From NCBI GenBank assembly GCA_050287085.1, contig JBNKBE010000027.1, forward strand, positions 13,840 through 77,839: DNA of 64,000 nucleotides, in the 5' to 3' direction. This document shows, piece after piece, positions 58,915 through 64,000 of the stretch (position 1 is the first letter of the stretch; each line of letters begins with the position of its first letter). Under the pieces are notes generated by a model that did no database searches, was not told the origin of the DNA, and saw only the letters and a list, made by a program, of their open reading frames with translations. The position numbers were made by a program, and so were the translations under genes. The DNA comes from Polyangiaceae bacterium (GTDB lineage Bacteria; Myxococcota_A; Polyangia; Polyangiales; Polyangiaceae).

Positions 58915-59837
58915 CAGCGCAAGAAGCCTCCCTGACGGAAGATTCGTAGCACCGTGTCGTCGATTGAGTGCGACGCGTTGGCGTACAAATAGGGCACGTT
59001 CTTCGCTGCGCAGAAGCGTTCGATGGCATGGTTGTACGCGGTGCTGTCCTTGCGCACTGCTTCCAAGAGTGCCGGCGTTATCGTGACGTCCAGGCCCATA
59101 TGCGTCTCGCAGTCGAGGATGCGCGCGTCGCCTCGCGCGTCGATGTCGTACTCCTCCGGGGCGTGAACGTGCAGTACGTAGGGTTCGAAGCGACTGAAAC
59201 GCAGGACATTGAGCCCCTCGTCAAAACGGCGCGAGTCGTACAAGTCACTGAGCAATACTGCGAGACCAGGGCGATGCTTGAGCGCCACGAAGCGACGGAG
59301 ACTCTCACGCAAGTCGGTGTTTCCCTGCGGCTTGAGCTCTTCAAGAAAGCGGAATATCTTGAAGATGTGATTCTTTCCGCGAGTCGCGGACAGGCGGATG
59401 TCGCGTTGGGCGCCGAGGGCGGTCAGCGTAACTCGATCTAGATTGGAGAGACCTACGTAGGCGAGTGCTGCCGTGAGGCGTCGCGCGTAGTCGAATTTGT
59501 GGCTGTCGTCGAAACCCATCGACGCCGACGTGTCCAGCAGGAAGTGGATACTCAAGTCTTCCTCTTCCTCGTACAGCCTAACCAGCAGTCTGCCGAAGCG
59601 GCGATAGATTGCCCAGTCGACGTGCCGAATATCGTCGCCTTCAACGTAGTTTCTGTGCTCCGCGAACTCAATGCCACTGCCGCGCTTCTTCGACCGTCGT
59701 TCTGCACGTTGGCGACCAGCCGCAACACGCCTAGAAACGATGGCGAGCGTTTCCAACTTGCGCTGGAAGTCGTCGTCGAACAACGGCTGCGAGGGAGCGG
59801 CGGGAGTTCGCTTCTGGCGGGCAAAGAGGGAGAACAC
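58914..59837 (-). CDS. DUF58 domain protein
   Basis: GSGIEFAEHRNYVEGDDIRHVDW, YEEEED, LDTSASM. Confidence 0.94.
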   Translation of the reverse strand: MFSLFARQKRTPAAPSQPLFDDDFQRKLETLAIVSRRVAAGRQRAERRSKKRGSGIEFAEHRNYVEGDDIRHVDWAIYRRFGRLLVRLYEEEEDLSIHFLLDTSASMGFDDSHKFDYARRLTAALAYVGLSNLDRVTLTALGAQRDIRLSATRGKNHIFKIFRFLEELKPQGNTDLRESLRRFVALKHRPGLAVLLSDLYDSRRFDEGLNVLRFSRFEPYVLHVHAPEEYDIDARGDARILDCETHMGLDVTITPALLEAVRKDSTAYNHAIERFCAAKNVPYLYANASHSIDDTVLRIFRQGGFLR

Positions 59838-60854
59838 TCAGTCGTCAACTTCCGGCAGGGACTGCAGCACTTCGGCGAGCAGTTCGTCGCTGCGAACCCC
59901 CTCGGCTTCGCCCTCAAAATTTAGCAGGACACGGTGACGTAGCGCAGGCAGGGCGACATCTTTGATATCGGAGAGACCTACCGCGAAACGTCCGGCGGAG
60001 AGCGCTCGAATGCGCGCGCCGAGCAGCAGGGCTTGGGCACCGCGGGGCGACCCACCGGTGCGGACGAAGCGTCTGACTCGCTCGGTTGAAAACGGGCTGT
60101 CAGGGTGAGTGGCAAGCAGGAGTCGCACAGCGTAGTCCTGGTTGGCTCGGGTTATTGGGACCTGGCGCACGAGCTGCTGTAGCTCGACTATCTGTTCACC
60201 GCTGACGACTGGTTCGACCCTTTGCTCTGGGCCGGAAGTAGTGCGGTTTAAGATGCCATGTAGTTCTTCACGCGAGGGAAAAGGGACTTCCAGTTTGAAG
60301 AAAAAGCGGTCCAGTTGTGCTTCGGGGAGGGGGTAGGTGCCCTCCATTTCCAAGGGATTCTGCGTTGCTAGTACCAAGTAAGGGGGAGCCAGTTGGTGAG
60401 ATGTATTGCCGACTGTCACACGCTTTTCCTGCATGGCCTCAAGCAGCGCACTTTGTGTTTTTGGCGTTGCTCGGTTGATTTCATCGGCGAGTACCACGTT
60501 GGCAAAGATAGGGCCGCGCCGAAACTCGAACGTTGGTTTCCCGCCGGAGCCTTCCTCCACAACCGTGGTTCCGATGATATCAGCGGGCATTAGATCCGGC
60601 GTAAACTGTATGCGAGAGAACTCCAGGGATAGTGACGCGGCCAGCGTACGCACGAGCATGGTCTTGCCCAGTCCGGGGACGCCTTCTAACAACGCGTGTG
60701 AGTCAGCGAGCAGGCACGTCATCACTCCATCAACGACATTCTCGTGTCCGATGATCACTTTGCCGATCTGGCGTTTCAGAGCATCGACTGTGCTCAGAAA
60801 TCGCTCGAGCGACTGCTCTGCTTCGGTATTCGACGGCGTGGGTGGAGACTTCAT
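59838..60854 (-). CDS. moxR: MoxR-family AAA+ ATPase
   Basis: LLEGVPGLGKT, RIQFTPDLMPADIIG, LADEINRATPKTQSALLEAMQE, ATQNPLEMEGTYPLPEAQLDRF. Confidence 0.97.
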   Translation of the reverse strand: MKSPPTPSNTEAEQSLERFLSTVDALKRQIGKVIIGHENVVDGVMTCLLADSHALLEGVPGLGKTMLVRTLAASLSLEFSRIQFTPDLMPADIIGTTVVEEGSGGKPTFEFRRGPIFANVVLADEINRATPKTQSALLEAMQEKRVTVGNTSHQLAPPYLVLATQNPLEMEGTYPLPEAQLDRFFFKLEVPFPSREELHGILNRTTSGPEQRVEPVVSGEQIVELQQLVRQVPITRANQDYAVRLLLATHPDSPFSTERVRRFVRTGGSPRGAQALLLGARIRALSAGRFAVGLSDIKDVALPALRHRVLLNFEGEAEGVRSDELLAEVLQSLPEVDD

Positions 60855-60909
60855 AGTTTATCGTGGGCTCAAGCAAGGCACGCTGCCTGTGCGGCGTCTT
60901 GCAGTAGGT

Positions 60910-62745
60910 CTAAGGGTGAGACTTGTCTTGGGAACGGGGACGAATCAACTGGAAGTAGCGTCTGACGTAGAAGCGGTAGCCGGGCGGCACGTTATCGTGA
61001 GTCATTACTTCCTCAGCGACCGTCTCATAGGCGGCGTGGATTTCTTGATACTCTGGAGCGACGAAACCTTCCTGCGCGGCTCCGTATACGACGCGACTGG
61101 AGGCTTGACCGTCGCCGCTCTCGATGCCGGCGACAGCGACGTCTTCAGTCTTTCCTAGCTTTGCCGACGCCGCCCCAGTGAGATTTGGATCCGTACCGTC
61201 CCCGTGCTTCTTGGCGGAGTTGGTGTTTGCGCCCTGCCGCTGCGAAGGGGTTGCGTGCGGCGCGGCTGCACCGCCACGCGAGAGCACGACGCGGGGGGCT
61301 CCAGCATCCCCTGCGCCGCCGCGCGGCAGGGACCTTCCGCCTGACGCGCGCTGCCGGAAGCGATCGAGCTGCTGTCGGCGCTGGGTGGCCCCAGCCTTCT
61401 TCTGCTCCTGGAGCAGTTTGCGCATCTGTTCGAGTTGGCGCTTGAGTTGCCGCTTCTGGCTTTCGGTCAGCTGCTGGCGTTCCAGGTTGCGCAGTGCCTG
61501 TTCGCTCTGCTCAAACGCTTTCGGTCCTGCCTCCTCCGCCAACTTGCTCGCGGCTTCGGCCAACTCCTTGTCGAGCTGGCTGAAAGCCTGCTGACCCCGC
61601 TTGCTCCGGCGTTCGAGACGTTGCAGCTGTCGCTCGTTCTGTTGTAGAGCGGCACGGGTGGCTGCACCGTCCTGGGTTTGGGCCCGGCGGTCGAGCAGCC
61701 GCCGATGCTCTCGCTCCAGGCGACGCCGTTCGCTCGCCAGGCGTTCAGACCGACCCGCGGTGGTGCTAGCGGCCTGCTCGAGAGCTCGGCGCAGAGCGCG
61801 AAGGTCCTGTTGGCTTACCTTGGGTGTTCCCTCCCGGAGCTGCTTGGCTAGCTTGGCTAGTTCAGCCTGAGCCCGGGCCAGGTCACCGCTGGCGAGCGCG
61901 TCGGCAACGCCGCGCATCAAACGACTTTGTTTCAGTGCATTGGCGCGTGCGTCGAGCTCGCGCTGCAACTCCTCCGCTGTCGGTGCGTCCTGACTTGCAA
62001 GATCCGTTTCGATCACGTGGAGGCGCCGAAAGACCTCCTCGCGGGACACGCGCTGCTTGCTCACGTCTTGAAGCAAGCGACGGTATCGTTCTATGGCTTC
62101 GCTCAGGGCAGGGCTGGTGCTTGAGGCCGTCAGCTTGGCCGCCCAGGTGTTTAGCAGCTCGATGTCCTCCGGATGTAGGACCAAGCCCTCCGACGGCTGC
62201 ACTGCGGCGCGAGTGGGGGGGCGGGCACTACCCTTGTGCGCAGGGGGCACCCAATAGGCTCCTAGAGCTAGAGCACCGGTCGTCAATAGCGCCGGTAGCG
62301 CGCGCGGGCACCGCCATGGGACAGCGGCTTGCGGCCGAAGTCCCTCGGTCCTGCGGGTGGCATCCGCAATGGCCGCTTGCATTAGAGCGGTGCGCTTCGT
62401 GGCCGGCAGGGCCACGAATTCGAGGGCATTGTGGAGGCGATCGTCGAGCTTGTAGTGAGAGTCCAGCGAGCGGGCCCCCTCTTGCTCTGAGCGTTGACGC
62501 AGCAGTATCGCCAGCAGCCAGAGCCCTATGAGCGCTAGGCTGGCCCAGGTGAAGTCGAGCATTGCCCGCGCCGCTCCGCTTCCAAGCCAAGCCCTTCGTT
62601 CTCCGAGGACTGCGCTCGCCCACACGAGTAGCGGGACGGGTAACCAGCGAGCAGCCGCCGCGAGTCCGCGGTTGAGCCGCTGTCGCAAGTTGGTCGCGAG
62701 GGCCAAGCGCTTGATGTCGTTATTGCCGGGCTCAGTTTGGGGCAT
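60910..62745 (-). CDS. Membrane-anchored coiled-coil protein typical of MoxR operons
   Basis: Three N-terminal TMs, LDDRLHNALEF, long coiled coil, C-terminal VPPGYRFYVRRYF. Confidence 0.82.
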   Translation of the reverse strand: MPQTEPGNNDIKRLALATNLRQRLNRGLAAAARWLPVPLLVWASAVLGERRAWLGSGAARAMLDFTWASLALIGLWLLAILLRQRSEQEGARSLDSHYKLDDRLHNALEFVALPATKRTALMQAAIADATRRTEGLRPQAAVPWRCPRALPALLTTGALALGAYWVPPAHKGSARPPTRAAVQPSEGLVLHPEDIELLNTWAAKLTASSTSPALSEAIERYRRLLQDVSKQRVSREEVFRRLHVIETDLASQDAPTAEELQRELDARANALKQSRLMRGVADALASGDLARAQAELAKLAKQLREGTPKVSQQDLRALRRALEQAASTTAGRSERLASERRRLEREHRRLLDRRAQTQDGAATRAALQQNERQLQRLERRSKRGQQAFSQLDKELAEAASKLAEEAGPKAFEQSEQALRNLERQQLTESQKRQLKRQLEQMRKLLQEQKKAGATQRRQQLDRFRQRASGGRSLPRGGAGDAGAPRVVLSRGGAAAPHATPSQRQGANTNSAKKHGDGTDPNLTGAASAKLGKTEDVAVAGIESGDGQASSRVVYGAAQEGFVAPEYQEIHAAYETVAEEVMTHDNVPPGYRFYVRRYFQLIRPRSQDKSHP

Positions 62746-63301
62746 GGTGGCGGGATTGCGACCAGTGTGCGGCGGGCCGCGGAGGGGGTGCACCGGGAGA
62801 CAGACTCGGGCTGTTTGAGCGTCGGCGCCTTGAGGACGAGCGCCGCTGGTTATTGCAGCACGCTCAGGCTGTTGGCACCACAGCTTATTCCCGCACACCA
62901 GCGCACACGAGCCCCGGCGTGCCCGGTCCTCGTCAATCTGGCAGTAGACAAGCTTGACGCGCGATCCGGGGACGAGGAACCACCCCAGCCGGAGCTTCGG
63001 CCAACGACGTGTAGCGTAGCATCAGGGCGGGATTGGTGGCGCGCAGCCGTCGGGACGTGAGGGCGTGAGACTTGCGCGTATCGGCCCAGGCCCTGCGCCC
63101 ATGCAGTGCTGGGTCACTCCCGCTGTGCGTCGTCGTCTTTGTTCTGACTGCCTGGCGTCTTCGTTCAACGGGCCGTGTTCGCTCGTACGGGGCAACAAGC
63201 TAGCGCTTTGCGCGGGAAAACGGCATCTGCTTCGCACGTACCTCTTGACCGCGCTGCACCGGTGCTTTCGAATACGGCGCGCCTGCGGAGCAAAGGTATA
63301 T

Positions 63302-64000
63302 ATGTCAGAAAACGAAGAAACAGTGGTACTCGTCGCCGACGACGAGCCGAGCACGCTGGCCTTGGTGGCGGCTCATGTGCGTTCGAAGGGGTTCAGGGTT
63401 ATCGAGGCGTCGGATGGTGACATGGCTTGGCAGATGGCCCACCAGCATCTTCCAGATCTCGTCATTCTCGACGTAATGATGCCCGGAATGAGCGGCTGGG
63501 AGGTTTGCCGCAAGATTCGAGAGTCCTTGCCGCTGGCTCACACAGGTGTGGTCATGCTCACCGGTATCGGTGAAAACCTCAATGAAATGACCTCACCGCT
63601 GTACGGTGCGGACGCTCACGTTGACAAGCCGTTCGAGTTCTCGGATCTGGACGACAAGATTGAGCTGGCATTTCGTGTTCGCAGGGAGGGGGCTTTCGGG
63701 CGCGCAGACGGCGCAGACGAAGAGTCCCTGGACATGGATGACGACGATTTCGAGGATGAAGAGCCGCCGGATACCGTGACAAGCGGTAAGCTATCGGAGG
63801 CAGAAGCCGAGCGCTTAGCTGACGAAGAGGGCGCGGAAGGCAAGAAGGCCTCGAAGAAGGTGACCAAGAAGGCCGCGAAGAAAGCGGCGAAGAAGGTGAC
63901 CAAGAAGGCCGCGAAGAAAGCGGCGAAGAAGGTGACCAAGAAGGCCGCGAAGAAAGCGGCGAAGAAGGTGACCAAGAAGGCCGCGAAGAAGGCGGCGAAG
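63302..64000 (+). CDS. Response-regulator receiver with acidic linker and Lys/Ala histone-H1-like tail (runs off window)
   Basis: Hand translation: MSENEETVVLVADDEP...PDLVILDVMMPGMSGWEVC...MLTG...DKPF, then DMDDDDFEDEE, then (KKVTKKAAKKAA)n. AAAGG RBS; not in the ORF track. Confidence 0.93.
   Translation, partial: MSENEETVVLVADDEPSTLALVAAHVRSKGFRVIEASDGDMAWQMAHQHLPDLVILDVMMPGMSGWEVCRKIRESLPLAHTGVVMLTGIGENLNEMTSPLYGADAHVDKPFEFSDLDDKIELAFRVRREGAFGRADGADEESLDMDDDDFEDEEPPDTVTSGKLSEAEAERLADEEGAEGKKASKKVTKKAAKKAAKKVTKKAAKKAAKKVTKKAAKKAAKKVTKKAAKKAAK
63853..64000. repeat. 36-bp tandem repeat, at least 4 copies
   Basis: GAAGAAGGTGACCAAGAAGGCCGCGAAGAAAGCGGC at 63853, 63889, 63925 and 63961 (one mismatch); continues past the window end. 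Confidence 0.97.

Noticed and set aside
62760..63300. tRNA or structured RNA in the divergent intergenic region (also 50390-50790 and 6840-7150)
   Set aside because: No cloverleaf, T-loop consensus or recognisable riboswitch core seen; a covariance search is needed to exclude it fully.
63616..63975. Minus-strand hydrophobic (FFAAFFAAFLVT)n ORF as a membrane protein
   Set aside because: It is the reverse complement of the Lys/Ala repeat in the response regulator.

Overview
A high-GC (about 65% by eye), gene-dense chromosomal window. Its gene content points to a myxobacterium, probably Polyangiales: a TIGR02266-type PilZ protein, a MXAN_5187-type protein, a membrane Ser/Thr kinase, an FHA protein and many lipoproteins. 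Housekeeping genes include eno, phoH, ftsE-ftsX-envC-like, coaX, pcnB, proB, sppA, a UDPGP-family uridylyltransferase, gshA, a pseudouridine synthase, thyA-folA and a MoxR/DUF58/vWA operon. The most notable accessory block is 7.4-17.1 kb. Four leftward genes encode a small His-box protein, a sigma54 activator with a Cys-cluster receiver, a TPR-ectodomain histidine kinase and a stand-alone atypical receiver. They are divergent from an exported VIT-vWA protein and a beta-propeller protein, with sigma54 -24/-12 motifs pointing both ways. A decayed IS66/toxin-antitoxin junction follows. Other oddities are an unannotated 40-aa basic ORF, an orphan protein with a T3SS-needle-like C-terminus, three apparently dead enzymes (cyclophilin, signal peptidase, ABC ATPase), SppA with a beta-barrel-like N-terminus, a receiver with a histone-H1-like tail, and many short tandem duplications with units in multiples of 3. 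I saw no rRNA, tRNA or CRISPR array. All family calls come from motif recognition by eye; no database search was run.
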